Part shown: positions 48,270 to 60,260 of the stretch, one piece after another
Numbering within the stretch: the stretch's first letter is position 1
Layout of the letters: each line of letters begins with the position of its first letter
Origin: Squalus acanthias
Taxonomy: Eukaryota
Assembly: GCA_030390025.1 (NCBI GenBank)
Contig: CM059429.1
Coordinates: 137,950,001 to 138,014,000, forward strand
Direction of reading: 5' to 3'
DNA length: 64,000 nucleotides
Made by a program: the position numbers and the translations under genes
The notes under the pieces: generated by a model
Told to the model about the DNA's origin: nothing
Seen by the model: only the letters and a program-made list of their open reading frames with translations
Database searches by the model: none

Positions 48270-49120
48270 ATATCTTGTGCCTGTACCATTGTATGAACAT
48301 GTCAGTACATCTTTAACACTGCTGACTTGTCCATGCTAGGTATGTGATATACCACAAACTAATCAGATCCCCATGACAACATGACACCAGCCAGCTTTCT
48401 GTTTGCTCTTTGGCTCACAGTCTCCGTCAAGACTTTATTTTGCTTTGTCGCCATCTGTTCTTCTCTTCCCAGTAGTAGGGAGCGTAAGCACCGATGGCAA
48501 CTGCGTATCTGCTGTGAGAATAGGTTGCACTTTAATTGCCAGCCTCCCAGATTTCACTGCCTGATCGTCCTCCAGGTGCTCTGCTCCCCAGCTACACCTG
48601 CCTCCCCACCTGTTTACTCCACTCTCAACCCTGTAACCTTGACTATCTGTGAGGATTACTGCAGGAAATCTGCTAGCATAGTTTAAAAATGATTTCTTGA
48701 GCCATTCTGCAGCCTTATTTACACATGCCACTTTCTACTGTTATGAAAGCAATACTGAGTACATGTCTAGTTGCCAGTGTAAATGCTAGCGTGCCCTGTT
48801 GACACAGTTTACCAGCTGATTAACAGCTTCGCCACATTTAGATACCATTTTTGTTTGGGTGCACAGCGTGGCAAGGTTTGAAACTGATATTTGACCTTTC
48901 TGCCATCCCAGAAAAATCTGCCCTTGTGAATTTTAAATATGTATACAGCAGTTCTGAACAACTGCACATGCCATAAACACACACACAAGCCTAAGGATGA
49001 AGGCCGGAACGACAAGAGACGCAAAAGGTAAGTTCTTAAGATTAATGAAAACTGCTTCCAGGCATCATGCCAGCATAAGTGATCTAACTCTGGAGTCAAA
49101 TACAGTTTAAACATTACCAA
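48270..49120 (-). pseudogene. Degraded viral L fragment (CR IV-V, capping domain)
   Basis: Minus strand: YLNVAKLL, AFTLATRHVL (~48755-48786), EWSKQV/AGVAGEQ (~48580-48624), GAYAPYY (48472-48492), SQRANRKLAGVMLSWGSD (48363-48417). Confidence 0.45.
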
Positions 49121-49379
49121 AGAGGAGGAGAGACTCAGCTTCAGATTTAATTTGGCTTTTAATTTGTCAACACTATCGCTACAATAGGTTAGAATTCATG
49201 GTAGAAATTAAACTAATGGTCTTTTTATTCTTTGTAATTTTTGTTACTGCCTATTTTGGTCTTTTTTAAGGATCATTTTAAAGGGAGAAATTCAACACAT
49301 GGCCACCTATTTTTCCAACATAAAATCGGTGTTAGTCCTTCAAATTTCATGTTATAATTTGGCATGCCTGAACTGTGCT

Positions 49380-49850
49380 GGAAGTGCACTAGACGTGATA
49401 TTGGCTCAAGCGACTTTTAGTCGTCCAGGGCACACGCAGGCTATCGGCTCCTAAATATGCGAATCGGGGTTGTTGTAGCAGCCCAAATGCAAAATTCAGG
49501 TATAAATGGGGGATCTTGCACCTCGCAAGCTCCATCTAGTTGTACCAGGCGTTGAGAAGCCTAACTAGTGATGCTTAGGGGCCTGGTGCTCTTCCCAGGC
49601 CCACAAAAAATCTCCGACCCACTGCTGGTGCATTCAAGCCGCCCCCACGACCTGATCTGCCAGCTCATTGTGGAAGCCAGCCGATTGCCCGCCCACCCCG
49701 ACTAATGAGCTGCAGCATGGCCCCCGCAGCTCGCCAGCTACATTAAAACGAGGCCTGAAGCCTAGCTTGGCTCGGGCCTCAGGCCAGCGCGTGGAGCTGT
49801 CACTTGGCCAACACTGCACCCATTTTAGGCGCAAATAGAATTTCTCTGCA
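49380..49850. mobile_element. GC-rich MITE-like repeat
   Basis: GC/CpG-rich block (ccaggcccacaa, gaggcctgaag) ending in gaatttctc. Confidence 0.45.
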
Positions 49851-49889
49851 ATTCAAGTTAATTTTTACGGGCAATTTAAAAACTTGTGT

Positions 49890-52800
49890 TTTTTGCATGA
49901 TCTTCAGCAGCTAACCCCCGTCTTTGCAGTGCTGTATGACCACCTAACTGAGCTGTTGACCATCTCTGAGAACACAATAGTAGACCCCTCCCCCAGCCCC
50001 ACCCCTGGGCCAAGGCTCAAACATAGTTTCTATCACACATTTTCTGAGTGGATTCTAGAGACCTTAGGCTCAATCTACAGCAGTTAAAATAGATTCACCA
50101 TGTTGTGGAATCAGATTGAGACAACCATAAAACAGCCTGCTCGTGCCCAGCAGAATAGCAGTGGCAAAAGCAAGCATAGATGTTGATCTTTCACGGCAGT
50201 GCGCATCCATACCATGCAGTTCCCCAGCCCAAATGTGTCAGAGTTTTTAGAACCAGGTAGCAACCACAGTACAGTAATACCCATATCACCTATATTGGCA
50301 AAGCCATTAACTGATCCAACAAGAGGAGGTAGTGAAAACCCCTTCATCACTAGAGGCAGATACTAATCATCTAATGCACTTCCTCCTCCCACTGGGGAAC
50401 CATGGAAGGAGCACCTAGTTAGAAAAGACACTTTCACATTTAGGAATTTCTGACCATTTTGCTACCGAAGGATCTTGCTATGATTTATATTAAAATGTTA
50501 CTTTTTAAATTAAATTTTGCTCTCAAGGAGTTAAATTCTCTGAACAGGTGGGCTCGAGGATGTGTATTTAAAGCCAGATAAACCAGTTTGTGGAGTGGTT
50601 CTACTTGCACGACGAGTTAATAACTCATCTTTGATAAGACATCGGTTAATTATGCTGATAGGTCTTCCTTCCTGTGAGGCTCATTGCCTCCTATTGGAGA
50701 AACAGGAGCCCCACCCAGGATAGCAGTACCCAGTTTAATCGCACAGAATTTACAGCACAGAAACAGGCCATTCGGTCCAACTGGGATGTGCCGGTGTTTA
50801 TGCTCCACATGAGTCTCCTCCCACCCTACTCCATCTAACCCAATAAGAATATCCTTCCATTCCTTCCTCCCTCATGTATTTATCTAGCTTCCCCTTAAAT
50901 GCATCTATGATATTCACCTCAATTACTCCATGTGGTAGCGAGTTCTACTTTCTAACCACTCTCTGGGTAAAGAAGTTTCTTCTGAATTCCTTATTGAGTT
51001 TATTCGTGACTTTATTAGTGACTATCACCTAGTTTTGGATTCCCTACAAGTGGAAACATCTCTACACCTACTCTATCAAAGTCCTTCATAGTTTGAAAGA
51101 CCTTTATCAGGTCACCCCTGAGCCTCTCTTTTCTAGAGAAAAGAGCCCCAGCCTGTTCAGTCTTTCTGTAGTCTTTCCTGATAGTATAACCTCTCAGTTC
51201 TGGTATCATAGTTGGAAATGTTTTTTGCCCCTTCTCCAGTGCCTCTATATCCTTTTTGTAATAGGGAGACCAGGTCTGCACACAGTACCCTGAGTGTGGT
51301 CTAACCAAGGTTTTATACACGTTTAACATAACCTCTCTGCTTTTCAATTCTATTCCTCTCGAAATGAAACCCAGTGTTGTGTTTGCATTTTGAATGGTAT
51401 ATAACCCCATGTACTGTGTATGTTTGTTGTAAAACCAGATGCAAAAGATATGCAATGGGTGGAGTGAAGTTCAGTAGATTATAGGGAATGGGCAACTTCC
51501 TTGAAATCAGATAAATTCCTGCCCTTAGTTAGAACTTACTATACGACAAGCTCATGACTAAGATTTGATTAGACCTTTTTTAAGTTTCTCCTTGGTGCAA
51601 GTGCCTTATGGCTGAAGTGGTAATAGGTAAATTTACCAAAGTTGCTGGTAATTTTGCATTTCCAGCTCTTTAATAGGAACTTGTTATTTCAGATTGCTTC
51701 CTCAGACCCACTTGAACTGCTTCATATTCAACAGACTGTTTTCTGCAAGTATCCCCAGTCAAATATAAACTGGGGACAGTGTCATAACCAGTCAGAAGTG
51801 GGGAAAGATTCAATCAAATCAACTTCAGATATGGATTTTATGGACAATGAGATGCGACTAATGCTTGGGAATATTTAGCTTTGAACAACTATCTGACACA
51901 TCCTCCAGGATTTTGCTTACCATATATGGAATTAACATTGACGGTATCTGCTCACAGCTCAATGTGAATTAGTACCACATTACTACAGTAGTGACTTATC
52001 AAAAACAATCTCCCAGCATGTCACAAGTATATCGTAACGACAACATGAAGTAGTTGCCCTATAGCACATTCAACACCTTAATTGGCAATCCTACCAACCA
52101 GCCCTCAACCAGGGGGAGCTGGGACAGAGAGGTCCAGCTGCTGACTCCCTGTCCAGCCGAGGAACAAAAGACAGTTGAATACATTGTCAGGACTTGTAGA
52201 AAACTTGCTGAGGGGGATAGCCGGGAAGCATGCCTTCCTTAAGAGTAGAGCTGGACAGGCCTTGGGCAGAAAATTTAAATTTAGCCTGCTAAGAGGAACA
52301 GTGTGGCATATTTTATTATTTTCTTCGTTACGAGGAGTGATACAAAAGCAAGTTGAAGTGCAGTGAGATTTATTAAAATGTTTCCCTGTTCGTTCCCTTA
52401 ACAATCGCAAAATAAATCAAATTGTTGATTTGCATTCAACCTCACCTTTCATCATGTGAATCCGGCTGCCTTTTAGAACAATGTGAAGTGCCCGTGAAGG
52501 GATGTGGGAGATATAACATGGGGGGCCTTTGTTGTTGCCCCCAAGGTGATGCTATTGTATGGCTAGATATTGGGCAATAAAGGTAAATTCCTGATTGTAA
52601 GGGACGCATGATCCATTTACAGGAGAGTCTGGTGCTACACAACATACAGTTTCACAAAGGTATAATACAATTAACACATCTGCACTACACACTCTCGAGC
52701 TTAATAACCTGTGGGTTAACTGGCAGCCCAATGTGTCGTGAGAGTTCATTTGGGATGAGGCAAAATAAGATCGTTGTGGAGCAATGCAGTGGTATTCATG

Positions 52801-53350
52801 GGTGCTGAAGTAACTTTGAAGGCAATGTCAGATTTTGTGGGGTTGTTTTTGGCAGAGTTTTGGACACATACAGATGACTGTTGTGCATTGGGTGGTGCAG
52901 GCGCTTAGTGAAAGGTGCCACCTATTAAAGTCCGAGACTCTTCCTGATTAAGGCATTGGTTCTGCAGACCCTGGTTTCTAGTCAGGGTCTTCTGCTACTA
53001 TTTGAAGTTGGCTCTCTTATATGCAACTAAATATCAATGCTTCTTCCACACAAGACACAAGTTTTTATTAAACTCTGGGAATGGTAACCTAGTTTTAACA
53101 ATAGACTTCAGCAGGTCAAGCCAGTGACTTAGCCATGCAGCCATTTTGTATGGGCAAGGTGAGTGCTGTGGGGTGGAGCTAGGCCCAACAATGTGAATTT
53201 TGGAGGGGATCCTCATTCTAACATCTCCTTTGAAAGGAGAATGACCCTGGGACAACATCACAACCTCCTGTTGGGCCACTTTTTTACCTGCCGTGAATTG
53301 CAGCACTCAGTAACTCAACTTTATGGCTTACATCTGACCCGCGCTGGGCC
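49890..53350 (+). pseudogene. Degraded endogenous negative-strand RNA virus L fragment (rhabdo/chuvirus-like), split by a CR1
   Basis: Collinear motifs: RLKHSFYH/FLSGF (50013), *SFTAVRI (50184), DTNHLMHFLL (50359), FLTILLPKD (50447), GCVFK/INQF (50558), LIFDKTSVNYADR (50624), GVKFSRL*GMGN (51461), LLPQ (51695), NQINFRYGFYGQ (51812), FNTLIGNPT (52069), KHAFLKSRAGQAL (~52226). The part beyond 52270 is weaker. Confidence 0.62.
50742..51391 (-). mobile_element. CR1 3' fragment inserted into the L-like fossil
   Basis: NANTTLGFISRGIELKSREVMLNVYKTLVRPH and 3' tail cacagaatttacagcacagaaacaggccattcgg. Confidence 0.88.
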
Positions 53351-53983
53351 ATGGTGATGTCCTACACCACCAACGCAGTCTCACAGTTTGGGATTTAAGT
53401 ATTGGTATCTACACATTATGTAAATCTTAAGGTTTGTAGTGTAAAAATTCATATTAAAAATACAAGTCTTTTTCAAAGTGGCAAGATTTAAAGAACAGTA
53501 ACCTTTCTACAATAATCTGGAACTTCAGAGCACCGTGGAGGTACAGCTTAAGTGATTATAAAAGGCTTGAACTAAGTGACTTTTGATTACAATTTTTACT
53601 TTATTTTCCAATTAATATTTTAATTCGAATCTAAATTATTCTCTGCAGCAAACCTTTTGAGTTTTTGAAGGAAGGAGAAAGGAACCTTCAGGGTAATATT
53701 TTGACACTTTCGCTCCCAGAAACAGTAAATCAGCATGATTTTATTTCTTTTGGCTTTCCTGTTGATCTTTTACTGCACAATATGAGGCACAAATGCGGTG
53801 ACGTGTAGAATTCCAGATAATGTTTGTCTTGCTGCTGGGCTTTAGAACTCGGCCTTTTTGGAGATGCAGAGACACTTCAACAAGGTGAGATGTATCATTC
53901 CTGACAGTGCTGATGCTCTTTAAAGTCGACTAACACACAGACTTTGATCACACCACATATTTGATGCAGTAGTAAAAGCAACA

Positions 53984-56552
53984 CAGTCGGGAGGGAGTGT
54001 CCCTGGGAGTCCTCAACATTAACATTGACTCCGGACCCTATGAAGTCTCATGGCTTCAGGTCAAGCATGGGCAAGGAAACCTCCTGCTGATTATCACCTA
54101 CTGCCCTCCCTCTGCTGATGAATCAGTACTCGGCCATGTTGGACCCCACTTGGAAGAAGCACTGAGAGTAGCAAGGGCACAGAATGTACTCTTGGTGATG
54201 GACATTGAAGTCCCCAACCCAGAGTGGCTCGGTAGCACCACTACTGACCAAGCTGGCCAAGTCTTGAAGGACATAGCTGCCAGACTGGGCCTGCGACAGG
54301 TGGTGAGCGAACCAACACGAGGGAAAAACCTACTTGACCTCATCCTCACCAATCTACCTGTCGCAGGTGCATCTGTCCATGATCACATTGGTGGCAGTGA
54401 CCACCGCACAGTCGTTGAGGAGACGAAGTCCCGTCTTCACACTGAGGACACCATCCATTGTGTTGTGTGGCACTACCACCATGCTAAATGTGATAGATTC
54501 AGAACAGATCTAGCAGCTCAAAACTGGGCATCCATGAGATGTTGTGGGCTATCAGTAGCAGCAGAATTGTATTCCACCACAATCTGTAACTTCATGGCCC
54601 GGCATATTCCTAACTCTACCATTACCATCAAGACAGGGGATCAACCCTGGTTCAATGAGGAGTGCAGAAAAGCATACAAGAGCAGCACCAGGTGTACCTA
54701 AAAATGAGGTGCCAACCTGGGGATACTGCAACACAGGACTACATGCATGCTAAACATCGGAAGCAGCTAAACAATCCCACAAGCAACAGATCAGATCAAA
54801 GCTCTGCAGTCCTTGCCACATCAAGTCATGAATGGTGGTGGACAATTAAACCACTAACGGGAGGAGGAGGCTACATGAATATCCCCATCCTCAATGATGG
54901 CGGAGCCCAGCACACGAGTGCGAAAAGGCAAGGCTGAAGCGTTTGCAACCATCTTCAGCCAGAAGTGACAGGTGAATGATCCATCTCGGCCTCCTCATGA
55001 GGTCCCCACCATCACAGAAGTCAGTCTTCAGCCAATTCAATTCACTCCACGTAATATCAAGAAATGGCTGAGCGCACTGGATACAGCAAAGGCTATGAGC
55101 CCCGACAACATCCCAGCTGTCGTGCTGAAGGCTTGTGCTCCAGAATTAGCTGTGCCTCTAGCCAAGCTGTTCCAGTACAGCTACAACACTGGCATATACC
55201 CGACAATGTGTAAAACTGCTCACAAAAAGCAGAACAAATCCAATCTAGCCAATTACCGCCCATCAGTCTACTCTCAATCATCAGCAAAGTGACGGAAGGT
55301 GTCGTCGACAGTGCTATTAAGTAGCACTTACCAATAACCTGCTCACCAATGCTCAGTTTGGGTTCCGCCAAGACCACTCAGCTCCAGACCTCATTACAGC
55401 CTTATTCCAAACATGGACAAAAGAGCTGGATTCCAGAAGTGAGGTGAGAGAGACTGCTCTTGACATCAAGGCAGCATTTGACCAAGTGTGGCATCAAGGA
55501 GCCCGAGTAAAACTGAAGTCATTGGCAATCAGGCGGAAAACTCTCCACTGGCTGGAGTCATACCTAGCGCAAAGGAAGATGGTTGTGGTGGTTGGAGGTC
55601 AATCATCTCAGCCTCAGGACATTGCTGCAGGAGTTCCTCAGGGCAGTGTCCTAGGCCCAACCATCTTCAGCTGCATCATCAATGACCTTCCCTCCAACAT
55701 AAGGTCAGAAATGGGGATGTTCGCTGATGATTGCACAGTGTTCAGCGCCATTCACAACTCCTCAGATAATGAAGCAGTCTATGCCCACATGCAGCAAGAC
55801 CGGGACGACATTCAGGCTTGCGCTGATAAGTGGCAAGTGACATTCGCGCCACATAAGTGCCAGGCAATGACTATCTCCAACAAGCGAGAGTCTAACCACC
55901 TCCCCTTGACATTCAACGGCATTACCATCGCCGAATCCCCCACCATCAACATCCTGGGGGTTGACCAGTCACATAAATACTGTGGCCACAAGAGCAGGTC
56001 ACAGACTGGGTATTCTGCGGCGAGTGTCTCCCCTCCTGACTCCCCAAAGCCTTTCCACCATCTGCAAGGCACAAGTTAGGAGTGTGATGGAATACTCTCC
56101 ACTTGCCTGGATGAGTGCAGCTCCAACAACACTCAAGAAGCTCGACACCATCCAGGATAAAGCAGCCCGATTGATTGGCACCCCATCCACCACCTTAAAC
56201 ATTCACTCCCTCCACCGCCGGCACATCGTGGCTGCAGTGTGTACCATCTATAAGATGCACTGCAGCAACTCGCCAAGGCTTCTTCAACAGCATCTCCCAA
56301 ACCAGCGACCTCTACCACCTAGAATGACAAGGGCAGCAGGCGCATGGGAACACAAAACCTTCACGTTGGCCTCCAAGTTGCACACCATCCTGACTTGGAA
56401 TTATATTGCCGTTCCTTCATCGTCATTGGGTCAAAATCATGGAACTCCCTCCCTAACAGCACAATGGGAGTACCTTCACCACAAGGACTGCAGCGGCTCT
56501 AGAAGGCAGCTCACCACCACCTTCTCAAGGGCAATTAGGGATGGGCAATAAA
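53984..56552 (+). mobile_element. 5'-truncated CR1/L2-group LINE ORF2 (APE-RT), frameshifted
   Basis: PTRGKNLLDLILT, SDH, ALDIKAAFDQVWH, GVPQGSVLGP, FADD, YSPLAW. 3' end gggatgggcaataaa. Confidence 0.92.
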
Positions 56553-58019
56553 ATCATAAAACATTGATCATTATCTTTTGAAGAAAGCCAGGTAAAGAAA
56601 AACTCCTGCCTCAGTTGGGCAAAGAGTCTTCAAAGACATTTGTGTATTTTTCCCCTTTATGAAGTATGAAAATTTTCCTAAAATATGTAATATTGGGAGG
56701 AATAGCCATAGTCCTGACTTCCCTTTCGATAGCCATTATGCCCATTGCTGTGTTGCACAATAGGCAGTGGCATGTATCCTTAACTTTCACCGTACAGCAC
56801 AATTAATTATTGCCGTATTATGCTATCGGTGATACTAATAGTGATTTATAAAATTGTGCTCTGTATTCATAAAAGCCTCACCTGACAACTGGAAAATGGT
56901 AGTTCTGCAGAAATATTATGATTTGCTCAATATGCAATGAGTGCATGAGATAATGCTGTCTTTTTTAATATATGCAAACTATAGAAATAGCAAGCTCCCA
57001 TAAGTTTTAACAAAAATTAAATATACTAGCTGCCATTACTTGCTATCTAAGGCACAGTTTCTAACCCGTGCTCATCAATGTCAACAGCAGCTGCAGTTTT
57101 AGTTTTTTTAAATTTTGCTTGTTGATTTTTAGCTTCCCATTTGATGCACCATTCACCCAATTCAGAAGGGGGAAAGCAAAGAGGAGCAACCTTCTATTAA
57201 AACTGGAGAAAGGACTCTGCTCGGCTTAGTAGCTCTAATTGCCATAGCCAACGCTGGGAACTCTGACCTACCCTTCATGCATAGTGTGTTAATACAGGAA
57301 CATGCTGTGCTGCACTGCTCTCCCTTCTAGAATCAGCTACTTTAAGATCGTTATTTTCTTGCACAGAAAAGTATTGAAAGACACAGACACACATTTAAAT
57401 GTGCAGGTCAAAATGAAAATGGTTATCTGTTTTGTGTTCAATGGAAGTAACTAACTGGTTAACCCTATATTAGCAAATTATTGAGCTCCTTAAATAATCT
57501 CAAAAGGCCTGTTGAAGTCCTTGCTGCATTCCTTATCGCTGATGTCACTTTAACTGTCTATACTGTTCTGTTCATACTTCAAAGATCCACCCCTTTAAGG
57601 ACCTTGGATGATGTAGGATCACCATTACAGTGGCACTGAAGTTCTTGTCTGTTTGGACTTTGTGCATCTCAACAATGGTCTAAAAAGGGCAAAGGAACTG
57701 CACTGTAACTAATTTAACTGGATTCCAGATTATTCCCTACAGCAATGCCTTCTGAGTTTTGAAGCAGACAGAAAGGAGCAGTGTTATAGAGCCATGTCTG
57801 ATATCTGGTTTACAATAACAGCACTCATTCCTTTGACTGGGCAATTTTGAAGTGTATATACTTCAGTAAGGATTAAATTCCTTCTTGACTTTACATTCGA
57901 TGAATGAACACTATCATTATAAGTGCTGAACCTCTTATCAGCCAAGTTGTGAATTTTCATAATAGAGAACGCAGTTTTGAGATTGATGGCTGATCGCTAT
58001 TTTAGGACCAATTATTCTC

Positions 58020-58340
58020 CTCTTCTTCTTAGGCAGTCCCTTGGAACCGAGGATGACTTGCTTCCACATTAAAAATGAGTTCTCAGGTGACTGAGTCCAA
58101 TGCGGGACCTACAGTCTCTGTCACAGGTGGGGCAGACGGTGGTTGAAGGGGCGGGTGGGTGGGGTGCTTGGGTTGACGTGCGCTCCTTCCGCTGTTTGCG
58201 CTTGGCTTCCGCTTGCTCCCGGCGAAGAGACTCGGTGTTCGGTGCCTTCCCGGATGCTTCTCCTCCACTTTGTGCGGTCTTGGGCCAGGGATTCCCAGGT
58301 GTCAGTGGGGATGTTACACTTTTTCAAGGAGGCTTTGCAG
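58020..58340 (-). mobile_element. RTE (BovB-like) LINE 3' end
   Basis: KASLKKCNIPTDTWESLAQDRTKWRRSIREG and (GAA)n tail. Confidence 0.85.
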
Positions 58341-58444
58341 AGACAGTAAGGCCCTCCTCTAAGCTTCAACAAAAAAAAAACATACATGGGAAAAATATTG
58401 AGTTCTTTCTGTGCTGTGACTCAATGTTGAAACAATGGAGTCGA

Positions 58445-59700
58445 TTTCAACTGGGGCCATGTTTGTGGTAGGCAGAGGGTGCAGGGCAGGAGGAAAACCT
58501 CCGAGCCTCATCTGAATAAAGCAGGACAGTCTCCTGCCCGAACCGGCGAGAGTAATCTCGGGGATGGCAGGTGGGATAAAAAAATCGGGCCGGGGGCCTG
58601 AGGAAGGTGGGGACTCAAGGGAGCGGCCCAAAGTTAGCGCTGGGGCGGGGTTTGACAGCTGATACCAGCGCTGGGAGGGAGAGGCAAGGCTGGGGCTGGG
58701 CAGGCCAAGGACTCCTTGTGGGGCCCAGGGAAGTACTCCCGCTCCTCCTGGCCCACAAGGATTCCAAAGCAAAGTTACATTTTTCAACATATTTTGGCCT
58801 CTTCTTGCCACTGCACAACTCTTGGCAAGTTTCGGCTGTTGCAGCTGGCCCCACGCAGGCCTCCCGAGTCGGAATTTAAAATGCCGTTGCAGCACTGATG
58901 ATTTAATCATGCTGTGATTTAACATTGTAGAGTAGGCCCCACACCTGCCGGGGGCGGGCACTCCTCCCGTGCCTGTTCTCGGGTAAATTAAGATGGTGTT
59001 GGCTGGGAACACGGCAAAGAGGCCTGCACAAGCCTCCCTCCCTATCTTAAGCAGCCTCCACCTGCACTGATCCCGCCGGGGTGGGGCTAATATCTAGTGG
59101 GTGCATTTGCTAACAACTGAGTGGTGAAACTGTGAGTGCGTTTTCTCTGGTCTTGTCCATTCTTTTGAACTCCAGACCGCTGAGGTTGCTGATGTCTGCC
59201 ATGGATAGGGAATTTTAATTTCAAAAATGTTTTTTAAGTGTAGGGATAAATGAATTCAGCCCCAATTTTAATTGGTAGCTGCTGGGAATCTCCCGTGGAC
59301 AGCTGCATGCTAGGCTCGGACCATTTTAACTCCCAGGCCTCATTAGCGAAGACGGCAGGAGTGATGTCAGGGCCGGCATGCAGGAGCGGGAATTTGGGCA
59401 GGAGACCCCGGCATAAAGGTGGTGATGGGGTCGGCGTTTGAAAGAAGATGCCGTGCTGGGAGGGAGAGGCGAGGCCAGGGTTGGGGAAGGCCCAAGGACT
59501 CCTTGCACGGCCAGGGGGAGCACCCCTCCTCCTCCTGGACCATGAGAATCCTCAGCTAAGTTAAATAAAAATACTTACCTTGGCCTCTTCTGACAACACT
59601 GCTGACTCTCGCCAGGTCTGGCTGCTGGGTTTGGCCCCTTGTGAGCCTCCAGATTTTGCGTTAAAATTATGTCACGGTGCCAATGACATCATCAGGCTGT
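58445..59700. mobile_element. Two GC-rich MITE family-C copies
   Basis: Similar to 42535-43090. Confidence 0.6.
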
Positions 59701-59973
59701 GACTTTTGAATGTAAAGTATCACTATCTGCCTGTGGCGGGTGGCCTGTTTTGAGGTGAGTAAAATGGCAGTGATTATTTGCAACGCATTTTTCACTCCCT
59801 CTGCGCATGTGCACCTGTTTGGTATCATACATGCGCATGCGATCCAGTCGCGCATGCGCAGTACCCAATGGTGCGGCAGCAGCCTGCACCGCCACGCTTC
59901 ACTCCACTTGGCACAACAACAGAAAACGCTGGAAAAACTCAGCAGGCCAGGCAACATCCGTGGAGAGAAACAG

Positions 59974-60009
59974 AGTTAACGTTTCAGGTCAAAACCCTTC
60001 GTCAGAACT
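59974..60009 (-). ncRNA. Minimal type-I hammerhead ribozyme (PLE repeat copy 1)
   Basis: AGUU-CUGACGA-A-GGGU(UUUG)ACCU-GAA-ACGU-U-AACU: stem I AGUU/AACU, intact core, palindromic stem III ACGU. Confidence 0.8.
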
Positions 60010-60260
60010 GAGAAAAAAGCAGGAAATGAAACAGATAAAAAAGCAAGGGGAAGGAATAACTATGGTAAGTAGAGACATTAAGAGATGCTCAAGGCAAGAC
60101 GAGATGGTAATGGGACAGATTAAGAAACAAAAGGTGGTAGAAGTGTGAAGTGTGAAATGCTGGCAGAATGAGAGACAGCTGCCGTAGGGGGAGAGAGAGA
60201 AAAAACAGGGAAAAAGGCACGAACCAAAGAGGTGGATAAAATGTGTGGTAGGGGCCGAGG

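Noticed and set aside
48985-49033. Possible + strand exon ending AAG/GTAAGT
   Set aside because: No convincing acceptor or recognisable product.
52159-52230. RNKR followed by QLNTLSGLVENLL read as a furin site and fusion peptide of a viral glycoprotein
   Set aside because: The following peptide is not hydrophobic enough, and the flanking motifs place it in L region IV.
58359-59012. 217-aa ORF
   Set aside because: It lies wholly in a GC-rich MITE present in several copies and has no protein motifs.
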